Of a stretch of DNA of 64,000 nucleotides, positions 44,789-55,386 are shown one piece after another. Origin of the DNA: Alkalispirochaeta sp. (GTDB lineage: Bacteria; Spirochaetota; Spirochaetia; DSM-27196; Alkalispirochaetaceae); contig OZ271854.1 of the NCBI GenBank assembly GCA_965601925.1, positions 3,296,001 to 3,360,000 of the forward strand, written 5' to 3'. Both the position numbers and the translations under genes were made by a program. The notes beneath the pieces are model-generated. The model was not told where the DNA came from and searched no databases. It worked only from the letters and a program-made list of their open reading frames with translations. Each line of letters starts with the position of its first letter. Position 1 is the first letter of the stretch.

Positions 44789-45247
44789 ATGGGACTTTTT
44801 TCGGCCATTAACAGCGCAGCGACGGGCCTCACCGCCCAACGCCTCCGGCAAGATGTCATTGCCGACAATATCGCCAATGCGAACACGACCCGCACGACCG
44901 AGGGTGGCCCCTTCCGTCGTAGCCGAGTAGTTCTTCGGCCGCGTACCGAGGGGCCGACCTGGCGCAGTCCCTTTTTGCCGCGCCCCCTCGACAACGGCGT
45001 CGGGCAGGGAGTGAGAGTTACGGAGGTCGAGAAGGATATGGACTCGGAGCTGCGTCTCGTGTATGACCCGACGCATCCGGATGCGATTCAAAGTGGGCCG
45101 CGCGCGGGGTACGTCGAGTATCCCAACGTCAACGTCGTGAATGAAATGGTCGACCTCATCGACGCCTCCCGGGCGTACGAGGCGAACGTCGCGGTGATAA
45201 ACGGCGCGCGAACGATGTTCCAACGAGCCCTCGACATCGGGCGATAA
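44789..45247 (+). CDS. flgC: Flagellar basal-body rod protein FlgC
   Basis: NIANANTTR, YDPTHPDA, PNVN..EM..RAYEAN. Confidence 0.96.
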   Translation: MGLFSAINSAATGLTAQRLRQDVIADNIANANTTRTTEGGPFRRSRVVLRPRTEGPTWRSPFLPRPLDNGVGQGVRVTEVEKDMDSELRLVYDPTHPDAIQSGPRAGYVEYPNVNVVNEMVDLIDASRAYEANVAVINGARTMFQRALDIGR

Positions 45248-45260
45248 GGAGTGAGTGATT

Positions 45261-45590
45261 ATGACGTTGTTTGAACCGTCACAGGCGATGGGAAACGCCA
45301 TCCGGATCGAGCGGACGCATCCGAACCACCTACCGGGTAAGTACGAGCCGTTACCCGATCCGTTGGGGCAGACGGGATTTCGCGACGCCCTTATCGACAG
45401 CTTGGAGGAGACCAACGGGCTGCAGATCGCCCATGAAGAGCTCTCGATTCGGGCAATCATGGATCCGGAGAGCGTGGAGGCTCACGATCTCACGATCGCC
45501 GCGGCGAAGGCGAATACCGCTTTGAGTATCACCCGAAACGTCGTGGATCGGGTGATCCAGGCGTATCGAGACATCACCAACTTGCGCTGA
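45261..45590 (+). CDS. fliE: Flagellar hook-basal body protein FliE
   Basis: HDLTIAAAKA..RNVVDRVIQAYRDI; position after flgC. Confidence 0.9.
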   Translation: MTLFEPSQAMGNAIRIERTHPNHLPGKYEPLPDPLGQTGFRDALIDSLEETNGLQIAHEELSIRAIMDPESVEAHDLTIAAAKANTALSITRNVVDRVIQAYRDITNLR

Positions 45591-45717
45591 CCGCGATGCG
45601 CAGATGGGCTCTCTGATGAACGGCAGACTTCAAAGAGCGTACCACATCGAGCTAAGAGAGCGCGGAGGTAGCGTGCACGGCGGATAGAGCCGCTTAATCG
45701 AACCTGGGGAGGGGAAC

Positions 45718-47424
45718 ATGAACGAGTTTATCAAGCGTCTCGTTGAGCGCATAAAGACGCTGTGGGGCGAGTGGAAGCTTCCGCAGAAGCTCATATTTTT
45801 CGGAATCGCCGGCATCGTCGTCGCCGCCGTCGTTATGTTAATCGTGTTTTCGGCCTCGCCGTCTCAGGTGCCGCTTCTGCGCCAGCCCGTTGCCGATCCG
45901 CAACAGTTGGCCGACATCACGACACGTCTCGATCAAGAGGGCGTGCCGTATACCGTCTCTGCAAACAACATCATCATGCTCGACGACGAGCGCACGGCGC
46001 AACGGATGCGCGCCATCCTTACCCGCGAGGATCTGATTCCCACCGGAACCGACCCGTGGGAACTCTTCGATATCGAGCGCTGGACGCTCACCGACTTCGA
46101 GCGTAACGTCAACCTTCAACGCAGCATCATGCGCCAGATCGAACAGCATATAACGGCGCTTGAGGATGTGGACGCGGCGAGCGTGACGATCGTTATGCCC
46201 GAGGATGAGCTTTTCGCGGAGCAGCAAAACCCGGTAACCGCCTCGATCATCATCACGCCCAAGCCGGGTAGCGACATTCGCGAGAGCCGCGCCAAGATCG
46301 AGGGTATCGAAAAGCTCATTCAGTTTGCCGTCGAGGGGCTGCATCCGGAGAACATCACCATCACCGATCCCTCCGGAGTGACCCTGAACGACTTTGAAAG
46401 CTTGCAGGACTTCGATCGGTTGGAGCTCACGCGACGCGAGCTCGAGATCATTCGCGACCAGGAAGAGCAGTATCGGCAGGCGATTCTGACGGCCCTCTCG
46501 GAGATCTATCGTCGCGATCGGGTGCAGGTGGTTAACATCAACGTCGACATGGATATGGGGAAGCGCACCGAGGAGACCAACGAGTTCTTCCCGATTACGA
46601 CTATCGAAGATAATCCCCGGACTCCCTTTGACGAGACCGAGTTCGTCCTCTCGATACCGCGCTCGATCGAAAACATCAACGAAAACTACGAGGGAACGGG
46701 ATTCAACCCCGAGGGACCTCCCGGTGTGGAGGGGCAGACGCCGCCGGCATATCGCGACCTCGACGGGCTCGTAGGGCGGTGGAACAACGACGAGGAACGA
46801 ATCAACAACGAGATCAACAGTCGACGCATCGTCGAGGAGAAGAGTCCGACGATCCAGCGGATTACCGCCTCCGTCGCTCTGGACGGCACATGGCGCTGGA
46901 CCTATAATGACCGTGCGGAGGTTCAATTCGACTCCGACGGGTCTATTTCGCGCACGTATACGCCCGTCGGCGTCGAGGAGCTGGCCGCCGCACGCGAGCT
47001 CGTCGAACACGCGATCGGTTTCGATCAGGACCGCGGCGACGCGGTGAGCGTGCGTCACATACAGTTCGACCGGACGGCGCAGTTTCGCGAGGAGGACGAA
47101 CGATACCGCAGACAGCGACAGATCCAGCTCGCCGTACTGTACATCCTCATCGGTATCGCGATCCTCTTGGTATCCTTCATAGCCTTTCGCCTCGTCTCTC
47201 GCGAAATCGAACGGCGTCGGCGCCTGCGGGAAGAGGAACTCGCCCGGCAGCATCAGGCGATGCGCGAGGCGGCCCTCAGGAGTGCCGAGGAAGAGAGCGC
47301 CGAGGTCGAGATGTCGGTTGAGGAACGGGCGCGCATGGAGCTTGAAGAGATGGCCATCAACATGGCCCGCGAGCATCCCGAGGACGTTGCGAATCTCATT
47401 CGCACGTGGCTGATGGAGGAGTAG
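45718..47424 (+). CDS. fliF: Flagellar M-ring protein FliF
   Basis: Two TMs, WELFD, TASIII, C-terminal PEDVANLIRTWL. Confidence 0.95.
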   Translation: MNEFIKRLVERIKTLWGEWKLPQKLIFFGIAGIVVAAVVMLIVFSASPSQVPLLRQPVADPQQLADITTRLDQEGVPYTVSANNIIMLDDERTAQRMRAILTREDLIPTGTDPWELFDIERWTLTDFERNVNLQRSIMRQIEQHITALEDVDAASVTIVMPEDELFAEQQNPVTASIIITPKPGSDIRESRAKIEGIEKLIQFAVEGLHPENITITDPSGVTLNDFESLQDFDRLELTRRELEIIRDQEEQYRQAILTALSEIYRRDRVQVVNINVDMDMGKRTEETNEFFPITTIEDNPRTPFDETEFVLSIPRSIENINENYEGTGFNPEGPPGVEGQTPPAYRDLDGLVGRWNNDEERINNEINSRRIVEEKSPTIQRITASVALDGTWRWTYNDRAEVQFDSDGSISRTYTPVGVEELAAARELVEHAIGFDQDRGDAVSVRHIQFDRTAQFREEDERYRRQRQIQLAVLYILIGIAILLVSFIAFRLVSREIERRRRLREEELARQHQAMREAALRSAEEESAEVEMSVEERARMELEEMAINMAREHPEDVANLIRTWLMEE

Positions 47425-47427
47425 TTT

Positions 47428-48486
47428 ATGGCCAAACAGACCGAACAACCGGCCCCCCCCGCCGGAGGCGGCGGACGCAAATCGAGACAGCAGCTCGGCG
47501 GGCGTCAGAAAGCGGCGATTTTTCTCGTGACCCTGGGAAGCGAAATTTCCAGCGAGATCTTCAAGCACCTTAGGGAGGACGAGATCGAGGCGTTGACCTT
47601 CGAGATCGCGCGCATGGAGAGCTTCGGTAACGAGGAAAAAGAGGTCGTTCTACAGGAGTTTCAAGAGTTGATGATGGCTCAGGACTTCATCAACACCGGC
47701 GGCATCGACTACGCGCGGGAGCTGTTGGAGAAGAGCCTCGGCTCCCAGAAGGCGGTCGATATCATTAACCGCCTCACGACGAGCCTCCAGGTCAGACCGT
47801 TCGACTTCATTCGTCGTACCGATCCGACGCATCTGCTCAACTTCATTCAGCAGGAACATCCTCAGACGATCGCCCTTATCCTCGCGTACCTCGAGCCGCA
47901 GAAAGCGAGCGTCATCTTGGGAAGCCTCCCCAACGAGATCCAGTCGGACGTCGCCAAGCGTATCGCAACGATGGATCGTACCTCGCCGGAGACGTTGCGC
48001 GAGGTCGAGCGCGTCTTGGAGAAGAAGCTCGCCTCGATTTCAAGCGAGGATTACACCGTGGCCGGTGGCGTCGAGAGCATCGTCGAGATTCTCAACCTCG
48101 TAGACCGCTCGACTGAGAAGGTCATCATCGAGAGTCTGGAAGAAGAGGATCCGGAGCTCGCCGAGGACATTAAAAAGCGGATGTTCGTGTTCGAGGACAT
48201 CGTTATGCTCGACGATCGCGCGATCCAGAAGGTCATGCGCGAGGTCGACACCGCGGAGCTTGCAAAGGCGCTCAAGGCGGTCGACACCGAGGTACAGGAC
48301 AAGATCTTTCGCAATATGTCCAAACGTGCGGCCGCCCTCCTCAAGGACGACATGGAGTATATGGGCCCGATCCGCATGAAGGACGTGGAAGAGAGTCAAC
48401 AGAAGATCGTATCGATCATTCGCAAGCTGGAAGAGCAGGGCGAGATCGTCGTTGCCCGCGCCGGCGAGGACGAGCTGGTGGTATAG
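47428..48486 (+). CDS. fliG: Flagellar motor switch protein FliG
   Basis: QKAAI, EHPQ, MFVFED, NMSKRAA. Confidence 0.97.
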   Translation: MAKQTEQPAPPAGGGGRKSRQQLGGRQKAAIFLVTLGSEISSEIFKHLREDEIEALTFEIARMESFGNEEKEVVLQEFQELMMAQDFINTGGIDYARELLEKSLGSQKAVDIINRLTTSLQVRPFDFIRRTDPTHLLNFIQQEHPQTIALILAYLEPQKASVILGSLPNEIQSDVAKRIATMDRTSPETLREVERVLEKKLASISSEDYTVAGGVESIVEILNLVDRSTEKVIIESLEEEDPELAEDIKKRMFVFEDIVMLDDRAIQKVMREVDTAELAKALKAVDTEVQDKIFRNMSKRAAALLKDDMEYMGPIRMKDVEESQQKIVSIIRKLEEQGEIVVARAGEDELVV

Positions 48487-48509
48487 GGTCGCGTAAGGCA
48501 GGGTGAGAG

Positions 48510-49460
48510 ATGGCAAAGAACGTATTTCGTCAACGGGAGATCCAGTTCAAGCAGCATAAGGTCTATCTCCGCGCCCCCGATCACTCCGGCGCGTCGAAAG
48601 ACAAGGTCGGCGCCGTCGCGGAGGTCGAGCCGCTGGAGGCGATCGAGGAGTACACCGGGCCGACCGCCGATCAGTTGCGTCGCGAGGCCGAAGCGTTTAA
48701 GGCGCAGTGGGACACCGAGAGGGAGAAGATGATCTCCGAGGCGACCGGCGAGGCGAAACGCATCGTTCAAGAGGCCGAGGAGGAGGCGTTTCGTAAGATT
48801 CGTGACAAGACCGCCGAGGCCAACAACACGACGAAAGAGGCGGAAGAGGCGGCCGACGCGACGCGTCAGGCCGCAGAGGCCGAACGGGTCCGTATCCAAA
48901 CCGAAGCCGAGGAGCGGGCGCGTCAGATCGAGCAGGATGCGTGGCAGCGGGGACACAAAGAGGGGCGCGAGGCGGGCATTGAAGAGGGCAAGGCGGAGGT
49001 GCAGCGAGTCGTCGAGCGCTTTCACGTCGTCCTTTCCAAAGCGATCGAGCGGCGAAACGAGATCATTCAAGAGAGCGAAACGCAGGTGGTCAACCTCGTC
49101 CTCAGCATCGCCAAAAAGGTCATCAAGGTGATCAGCGAGAACCAGAAGAACGTGGTCGTCAACAACATCGTTCAGTCTCTCCAGAAACTTCAACATAAGA
49201 GCGATGTGATCGTGCGCGTCAACCTCGCCGATCTCGATATCGCCACGCAGCATAAACAGGACATCCTCAACATGGTGGAACGGGTCAAGAGCATCACCGT
49301 CGCCGAGGATTCTACGGTCGATCCCGGCGGGTGCATCATCGAGACCGATTTCGGCGAGATCGACGCCCGGATCGCCTCTCAACTGCGAGAGATCGAAGAT
49401 CGAATCTTGGAGCTCACCCCGATACGGTCGCGCCCGAAGTCGACCGACGGGATAAGTTAA
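48510..49460 (+). CDS. fliH: Flagellar assembly protein FliH
   Basis: AxxxG repeats, GGCIIETDFGEIDA. Confidence 0.94.
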   Translation: MAKNVFRQREIQFKQHKVYLRAPDHSGASKDKVGAVAEVEPLEAIEEYTGPTADQLRREAEAFKAQWDTEREKMISEATGEAKRIVQEAEEEAFRKIRDKTAEANNTTKEAEEAADATRQAAEAERVRIQTEAEERARQIEQDAWQRGHKEGREAGIEEGKAEVQRVVERFHVVLSKAIERRNEIIQESETQVVNLVLSIAKKVIKVISENQKNVVVNNIVQSLQKLQHKSDVIVRVNLADLDIATQHKQDILNMVERVKSITVAEDSTVDPGGCIIETDFGEIDARIASQLREIEDRILELTPIRSRPKSTDGIS

Positions 49461-49471
49461 GGAGCGTCGCG

Positions 49472-50806
49472 ATGTCGGTCGCCTTTTTGGAGAAGTACCA
49501 GGCGCTCGTCGATCACACCGAGACGATAAAGCAGATCGGCCGCATACAGGCGGTGCAGGGCCTCAAGATCGAGAGCGTCGGACCGCAGGCCAAAGTCGGC
49601 GAGTTGTGTCAGATCGTGATCGAGAGCTCCGGATCGATCGTTCCGGCCGAGGTCGTTGGTCTCGACGGAAACAACGTCCAACTGGCCCCGTACGTCGAGA
49701 CCGAGGGCATCGAGGTCGGAAACCCGGTGATCGGTCTGGGACGCCCCTTGGAGATCCCCGTGAGCGAGCGCCTGTTGGGTCGCGTGCTGGACGGAAAGGG
49801 TACGCCGATCGACGGCCTCGGAGATATCGGAAGCGGCGTCTTTTATCCCGTGTTTCAGCGTTCCCCCGATGTACTCGCCCGACGTCCCATCTCCGAGCAA
49901 GTCGAGACGGGCATCCGTGCGATCGACGCCCTCGTACCGGTCGGAAAGGGGCAGCGGCTCGGTATTTTCAGCGGAAGCGGCGTCGGAAAGTCGACTCTCA
50001 TCGGTATGATCGCTCGCAATACTACCGCGGACGTGAATGTTATCGCCCTCATCGGTGAGCGCGGCCGCGAGGTACGCGAGTTCATCGAGAACGATCTGGG
50101 ACCCGAAGGGTTGGAACGCAGTGTCGTGGTGGTGAGTACCTCGGATACGCCGGCCTTGGCGCGGCTGCGCGCCGCCTTCGTCGCTACGACGATTGCCGAG
50201 TTCTTCCGTGATCAGGGTCAAGACGTCATGCTCATGTTCGACTCCGTGACCCGTTTTGCCAGGGCGCAGCGCGAAATCGGCCTCTCCCGCGGAGAGGGTC
50301 CCGCCTCCAGGGGGTTCCCGCCGTCGGTGGATGCGATTCTTCCCCAACTATTGGAGCGTTGCGGTACCAGCGAGCGGGGGACCATCACGGGCTTCTATTC
50401 GATTCTGGTCGAGGGAGACGATCTGGACGAACCGGTCTCCGATACGGTACGCGGCATTCTCGACGGCCACTTGGTGCTCAGTCGTCGTCTCGCCCGCCGG
50501 TACCACTATCCGGCGATCGACATTTTGGGGAGCGTAAGCCGACTCGAAAGTAAAGTCTGCGATCCCCTGCACCGCCGGGCCGCCGGTGCCGTGCGCACCC
50601 TCATGGCGACATACCAGGAGGCGGAGGATCTTATCAACGCCGGCATCTACGCAAAGGGAAGCAACGCCGAGATCGACGCGGCGATCGACAAGCGACCGGC
50701 GATCACACACCTATTGCAACAGCAAGTGGAGGAGCGCAGTAGCGCCGCGGACGCTCGAAGCGTCCTGCTGGGGATCGCCGGAATTGACGAGGCTTCGGAT
50801 GCGTAG
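49472..50806 (+). CDS. fliI: Flagellar export ATPase FliI
   Basis: GSGVGKS, GERGREV, DSVTRFA, LDGH. Confidence 0.96.
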   Translation: MSVAFLEKYQALVDHTETIKQIGRIQAVQGLKIESVGPQAKVGELCQIVIESSGSIVPAEVVGLDGNNVQLAPYVETEGIEVGNPVIGLGRPLEIPVSERLLGRVLDGKGTPIDGLGDIGSGVFYPVFQRSPDVLARRPISEQVETGIRAIDALVPVGKGQRLGIFSGSGVGKSTLIGMIARNTTADVNVIALIGERGREVREFIENDLGPEGLERSVVVVSTSDTPALARLRAAFVATTIAEFFRDQGQDVMLMFDSVTRFARAQREIGLSRGEGPASRGFPPSVDAILPQLLERCGTSERGTITGFYSILVEGDDLDEPVSDTVRGILDGHLVLSRRLARRYHYPAIDILGSVSRLESKVCDPLHRRAAGAVRTLMATYQEAEDLINAGIYAKGSNAEIDAAIDKRPAITHLLQQQVEERSSAADARSVLLGIAGIDEASDA

Positions 50807-51242
50807 ATTTCACTTTCGGCTGCAATCGGTTCTGTCGCTTCGTGAGCATCAACTCGACCAACGGCGGCTCGAACTCGGCTCGATCTCCTCGCAGTGCGCC
50901 GACTTACGTCAACGGATCGACGACCGCCTCGCAGTACGACGTGAGACCCTCACGTCGTCGGACGGCACCGAGCATTCCGATGATGTGGCGTATCGTCTCT
51001 CGGTAGAGGGCTATGCGGCGCGCCTCGCCGATGAGGCGGGGCGTCTGCGACGCGACCTTGCCGCAGCCGAGGAGCAGCGCGCGATCGCCGCCGAAGCGTT
51101 TCGTGAAGCGAAACGCGGTGCCGACGTCTTGCAAAGGCTCAAGGAGCGGCGCGAAGCGGATTACATGGTGGCGCAGAAGCGGGACGAGCAACACCGTCTC
51201 GACGAGATTTCACAACGCATCCATCAACGTTCGGAGGAGTAA
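50799..51242 (+). CDS. fliJ: Flagellar export protein FliJ
   Basis: MRRFHFRLQSVLSLRE, coiled coil, EQHRLDE. Confidence 0.92.
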   Translation: MRRFHFRLQSVLSLREHQLDQRRLELGSISSQCADLRQRIDDRLAVRRETLTSSDGTEHSDDVAYRLSVEGYAARLADEAGRLRRDLAAAEEQRAIAAEAFREAKRGADVLQRLKERREADYMVAQKRDEQHRLDEISQRIHQRSEE

Positions 51243-51248
51243 TCGATA

Positions 51249-51875
51249 ATGGCGGCACGGTACAGTCGAATCAGCGCATTTCCGCAGATCCTTCTCTTGC
51301 TGTTCTTGATAGCGATACTGTCGGTGGGTGGACTGTTGTGGTTCGATTTCCTCGGACTTCTCGACGTAACCGACACCCTTTCCCCCGTTCTTCGTTTGGT
51401 GGGTGTCGAGGAGCGCAGCGGTCTGGATGAGGTGGACGATATCATGTTAATGGACCGCCTGCGCCTGGAAAAACTCCAAGAGGCGGTCACTCTCCGCGAA
51501 GTACAGTTGGAGGAGACCGCCGGCCGCCTCGACGAAGAGCGTCTAACCTTTCTCCAACGCGAGCAGGAGCTCGCACAACTCGCCGCGGAACTCGAAGAAC
51601 GTGAGAATTCGCTCAATGAACAGCTCCAACGGTACGAAAATAGAAGAGCGGTGCTTGAGCAAAACTCGCGCGATCTGACGAGTATGCGCCCGGACGACGC
51701 AGTGGGAATCCTATCGGGGTACGACGATCAGCTTTTGATCGACACCCTCCGAGTGACCGAGGAGTTGGCACAGGAGGCCGGCGAGGTTTCGCTGGTTTCG
51801 GTCTGGCTCTCCCGACTTCCCGCAGAACGGGCGGCTGAGATTCAGCGCAAGATGACGCTCACACCTGCAGATTGA
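51249..51875 (+). CDS. flbB: Periplasmic flagellar collar protein FlbB
   Basis: TM with GLLWFDFLG, long coiled coil, MgtE_N-like tail; spirochete position after fliJ. Confidence 0.85.
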   Translation: MAARYSRISAFPQILLLLFLIAILSVGGLLWFDFLGLLDVTDTLSPVLRLVGVEERSGLDEVDDIMLMDRLRLEKLQEAVTLREVQLEETAGRLDEERLTFLQREQELAQLAAELEERENSLNEQLQRYENRRAVLEQNSRDLTSMRPDDAVGILSGYDDQLLIDTLRVTEELAQEAGEVSLVSVWLSRLPAERAAEIQRKMTLTPAD

Positions 51876-51893
51876 TCTGGAGGTACTGTTTGC

Positions 51894-53477
51894 GTGTATA
51901 CGTTAACGCCCGTTGCTACGCGTTCTGACCGCCCCTCTCCGATACCGGATTGGACGGCCAAGGTTGAGTCGAGCGGGCGGCCCGATCCATTCTCCGACTA
52001 TCTGAAAGCCCACGACACCGGCGGCGAAGATCGCGTTTCGCACACCGAGTCCGTGTCGGCCGAGCCTGAGGCGCCGCCCGAATCGGGTATACGCGCCGCC
52101 GAGCATCCACCGACACACGGCGCGCAGGACGCGCCCCGGGACGAACACACGGTGGCCGCCGCGACTCCTTCCGACCGTGCACCCTTTACCGCGGCGGAGG
52201 ATTTGAACGAACCGATGACGAAGGGAGGCCGCAAGGCCGCGAAGCGCTCGGATCGCGCGAGCGACGACGTCGCCGACGATGAGGCGGAGGGCAAGTCGAA
52301 CGACGCCGACGGAGTTGCAGACATCGAGGCGGAACACGGTAAGACGCCGCTCGATCTTCCCTCGCACATCGCTCTTACCGACGCTCCCGTCGGTGGTGCG
52401 GCGGACGGGCACGCCTCGCAGGCCGTAGACGGCCATCCGGTCGAAGACAAGACCTCCGCAAAGCGCGCCAAGATGCGTCGCGTGCATGCCCGAGACGGGG
52501 CAACTCGCGCCGCAAAAGAGGGTTTTGCGACCAAAGAGGGACTTCGCCTCGCCGACGCTTCGCCCGCAGGACATGACGCTCCGGCCGCTCGTCCCACCGC
52601 CGGGGCGGTACCCGCCGAGGGCGCGACGACCGGGGCGGCGGATTACTCCACCGATCGAGCAACGGGCGACGAGCTCGCGACGGCGCGGCCGACGGTCGCG
52701 GCCGGGCAGGTCCGCGCCGAGGTTGCGCAAGTCGCGGTCCATGAAGCGGCCGCCGGAAAGCCCGTGGTGCGAAAGGGCGCGCTTCGCGAGGAAAAGGCTT
52801 CCCGCATTGAAGCCAAGTTGCGTCGGACGGCGGCCTCTGAGTCGTCCTCGGTGGAGACGCGCGACGGCGTCGACATCGTTCGAGAGATACAAGTCGATTT
52901 GTCCGAGTCTAGCTCTCACGGTGAGGGTAGCGAGCGCGGCGCGACGAGCGATGGTGAGGCGACGGAGGCGTTGCTGCGTGCCGACTCCACCTCGACGACA
53001 CGTCCCGCTGCGGCAAAAGGAAGCGTATTGGCGAGTGCGACGGGCAACTTCGCCCGGAGGCTCAACGGCGAGCTCGGGACACGGATCGTACGCGACGCGC
53101 GTATTATGTTGCAGAACGCCGACAGTGCCGAGATTCGCCTTATCATTCGCCCGCCGGAGCTCGGTCGAGTACGTATTCGGCTGCGAATGGACAACGGCCA
53201 TATAGCCGGGCGCATTCTTGTCGATAATGGAAGCGTACGCGAGGTGATGGAACAGAACATCGCCTCGTTGCAGCGCGCCTTTGAAGAGGCCGGGCTCGAT
53301 ATCGGCGATCTCGAGGTAAGCACCGGCGATGCCGGTCGGGAGACTCGGGACGGAGAGAACGACTTCACCGATAGCCGGGACGACCGCCGACGAACCGGAG
53401 TGGATCGATTCGAGCAGCAGATCGCGCCGGCGGGTGAATATGATTACGGCACGCACAGGGTGAATCTTGTCGCCTGA
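51894..53477 (+). CDS. fliK: Flagellar hook-length control protein FliK
   Basis: Long low-complexity N-terminus, C-terminal LIIRPPELGRV domain. Confidence 0.88.
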   Translation: MYTLTPVATRSDRPSPIPDWTAKVESSGRPDPFSDYLKAHDTGGEDRVSHTESVSAEPEAPPESGIRAAEHPPTHGAQDAPRDEHTVAAATPSDRAPFTAAEDLNEPMTKGGRKAAKRSDRASDDVADDEAEGKSNDADGVADIEAEHGKTPLDLPSHIALTDAPVGGAADGHASQAVDGHPVEDKTSAKRAKMRRVHARDGATRAAKEGFATKEGLRLADASPAGHDAPAARPTAGAVPAEGATTGAADYSTDRATGDELATARPTVAAGQVRAEVAQVAVHEAAAGKPVVRKGALREEKASRIEAKLRRTAASESSSVETRDGVDIVREIQVDLSESSSHGEGSERGATSDGEATEALLRADSTSTTRPAAAKGSVLASATGNFARRLNGELGTRIVRDARIMLQNADSAEIRLIIRPPELGRVRIRLRMDNGHIAGRILVDNGSVREVMEQNIASLQRAFEEAGLDIGDLEVSTGDAGRETRDGENDFTDSRDDRRRTGVDRFEQQIAPAGEYDYGTHRVNLVA

Positions 53478-53500
53478 GAGCGCCTAAGTAAGGAGAAACG

Positions 53501-53935
53501 ATGGATCTTTCGACATCTTTGAGCACAACTGAACGAGGCCTGGTGCAAGCTCAGACGGACGCGTTCAATCGAGTCATCGCCCGCGAAGGCGGTGCGAGCC
53601 AGGAACTTGGGCGAGACGACTTCCTCCGGATTCTTCTCACCCAGTTGCAAAACCAAGATCCGACGCAGCCGATGGAGGACAAGGAGTTCATCTCGCAGAT
53701 GGCGCAGTTCTCGTCGTTGGAGCAGATGACCAACGTATCTCAAGGCTTTCAGGAGATGAACGCTCTGTTGAGCACGAACCAAGCGTTGGCCGTGTTGGGA
53801 CGCGTTGTGGAGGTGCGCTCCGGCGAGCAGGTCGTCACCGGCACCGTCTCGAGCGTTACCTCGGGCGCGATGCCGCAAATTTCGATCAACGACCAGACGT
53901 TCGACTATTCCGACCTCGTGCGGGTCATCAATTAA
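53501..53935 (+). CDS. flgD: Flagellar hook capping protein FlgD
   Basis: DDFLRILLTQLQNQDPTQPM, QMAQFSSLEQ. Confidence 0.96.
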   Translation: MDLSTSLSTTERGLVQAQTDAFNRVIAREGGASQELGRDDFLRILLTQLQNQDPTQPMEDKEFISQMAQFSSLEQMTNVSQGFQEMNALLSTNQALAVLGRVVEVRSGEQVVTGTVSSVTSGAMPQISINDQTFDYSDLVRVIN

Positions 53936-53953
53936 GAAGGGGGTATAGACGAT

Positions 53954-55366
53954 ATGATGCGATCACTGTACTCCGGTGTTTCAGGCCTTCAGAACCATCA
54001 GGTTCGGATGGACGTCATCGGTAACAACATCTCAAACGTCAACACGACCGGCTTCAAGCGGGGCCGCGTGAACTTTCAGGACCTGATTTCGCAGATGCGC
54101 CAAGGTCCGGCGCGACCCAACGAGCGCGTCGGCGGCGTAAACCCGCAGCAGGTCGGATTGGGTATGCAGGTCGCCTCGATCGACACCATTCACTCCCAGG
54201 GGTCGCTCCAGACGACCGGTGTTAAGAGCGACGTTGCGATCCAGGGCGAGGGATTCTTCGTCATGCGCGCCGGGGATGAGGACTTCTACTCTCGCGCCGG
54301 AGCGTTCGGCGTAGACTCGGAAGGATTCTTGGTCAATCCCGCCAACGGTATGCGCGTCCAGGGGTGGAACGCCCGCACCGTAGACGGCGCGACGCTCATC
54401 AACACCTCCGCGACGATCGAGGATTTAATCATTCCCGTCGGGAGCAAAGATCCGGCGCAGCAGACTTCCGAGGTCTTTCTCGCGTCCAACCTGAACAAGA
54501 ACACGCCCCTCGTCCCGGCCGGGGCGACCGAGGCGCAGATTCAGGCCGGTACGTGGACCGTCGAGTACGACATTTACAACTCCTTCGGCGGCACGCATAC
54601 GCTCCGGATCGACTTCACCCGCAACCCGGACGCCGAAAATCAGTGGTTGGCCACCGTCTCGATCGATCCCGAGGCCGATGCACCCCTTCCCCAGACGGTG
54701 ACCGTGGGCGGAATCGATGCGGCGGACGGGCAGACCTTCATCGTAGAGTTTGCCAACGACGGGACGCTCCTTTCAGCGCAGAACCCCGAAGGCGGGCTCT
54801 CGGCCGCCGATATGATCAACGTCCAGATCACCTACGAGGTGCCGGAGACGAGCATTCCCATCGATCCCGACACCGGATTGCCCCAGGACGGGCCGGTGAC
54901 CCAGACCTTCAACCTCAACTTGGGAGAGCAGGGGAGTTTTGTCGACGCGATGACGCAGTACGCGTCGGAGAGCTCGACCAAGGTCTTCAGCCAGAACGGT
55001 TTTCCCATGGGCTATCTGGAGGACTACCGTATCGATTCGAGCGGAATCATCACGGGCATTTTCTCCAACGGTAACAACCGTTCTCTCGGTCAGTTGGCGC
55101 TGGCGACCTTTCGGAATCCGGGAGGGCTCGAAAAAAGCGGCGACACCAATTTCCAGGAGTCGATCAACTCCGGTCTCGCCGACATCGGAACGGTCGGGGT
55201 CGCCGGCAAGGGTACGATCATCGCCGGCGCGTTGGAAATGAGCAACGTCGACCTCGCCGAGCAGTTTACCGATATGATCGTGACCCAGCGGGGCTTCCAG
55301 GCCAACAGTCGGACGATTCAGACCTCCGATCAGATGTTGCAGGAAGTATTAACACTCAAGCGATAA
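53954..55366 (+). CDS. flgE: Flagellar hook protein FlgE
   Basis: MMRSLYSGVSG, NNISNVNT, LEMSNVDLAEQF. Confidence 0.97.
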   Translation: MMRSLYSGVSGLQNHQVRMDVIGNNISNVNTTGFKRGRVNFQDLISQMRQGPARPNERVGGVNPQQVGLGMQVASIDTIHSQGSLQTTGVKSDVAIQGEGFFVMRAGDEDFYSRAGAFGVDSEGFLVNPANGMRVQGWNARTVDGATLINTSATIEDLIIPVGSKDPAQQTSEVFLASNLNKNTPLVPAGATEAQIQAGTWTVEYDIYNSFGGTHTLRIDFTRNPDAENQWLATVSIDPEADAPLPQTVTVGGIDAADGQTFIVEFANDGTLLSAQNPEGGLSAADMINVQITYEVPETSIPIDPDTGLPQDGPVTQTFNLNLGEQGSFVDAMTQYASESSTKVFSQNGFPMGYLEDYRIDSSGIITGIFSNGNNRSLGQLALATFRNPGGLEKSGDTNFQESINSGLADIGTVGVAGKGTIIAGALEMSNVDLAEQFTDMIVTQRGFQANSRTIQTSDQMLQEVLTLKR

Positions 55367-55386
55367 AGGGAGTACCTTAGTCAAGA

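Noticed and set aside
45591..45717. CTGATGA in the fliE-fliF spacer suggesting a hammerhead ribozyme or riboswitch
   Set aside because: No GAAA core after a stem II and no c-di-GMP riboswitch motifs; only weak hairpins
45838..47568. Long antisense ORFs (also 38908-40422, 51903-53456, 17732-18847)
   Set aside because: Shadow frames of well-supported genes, expected in GC-rich DNA
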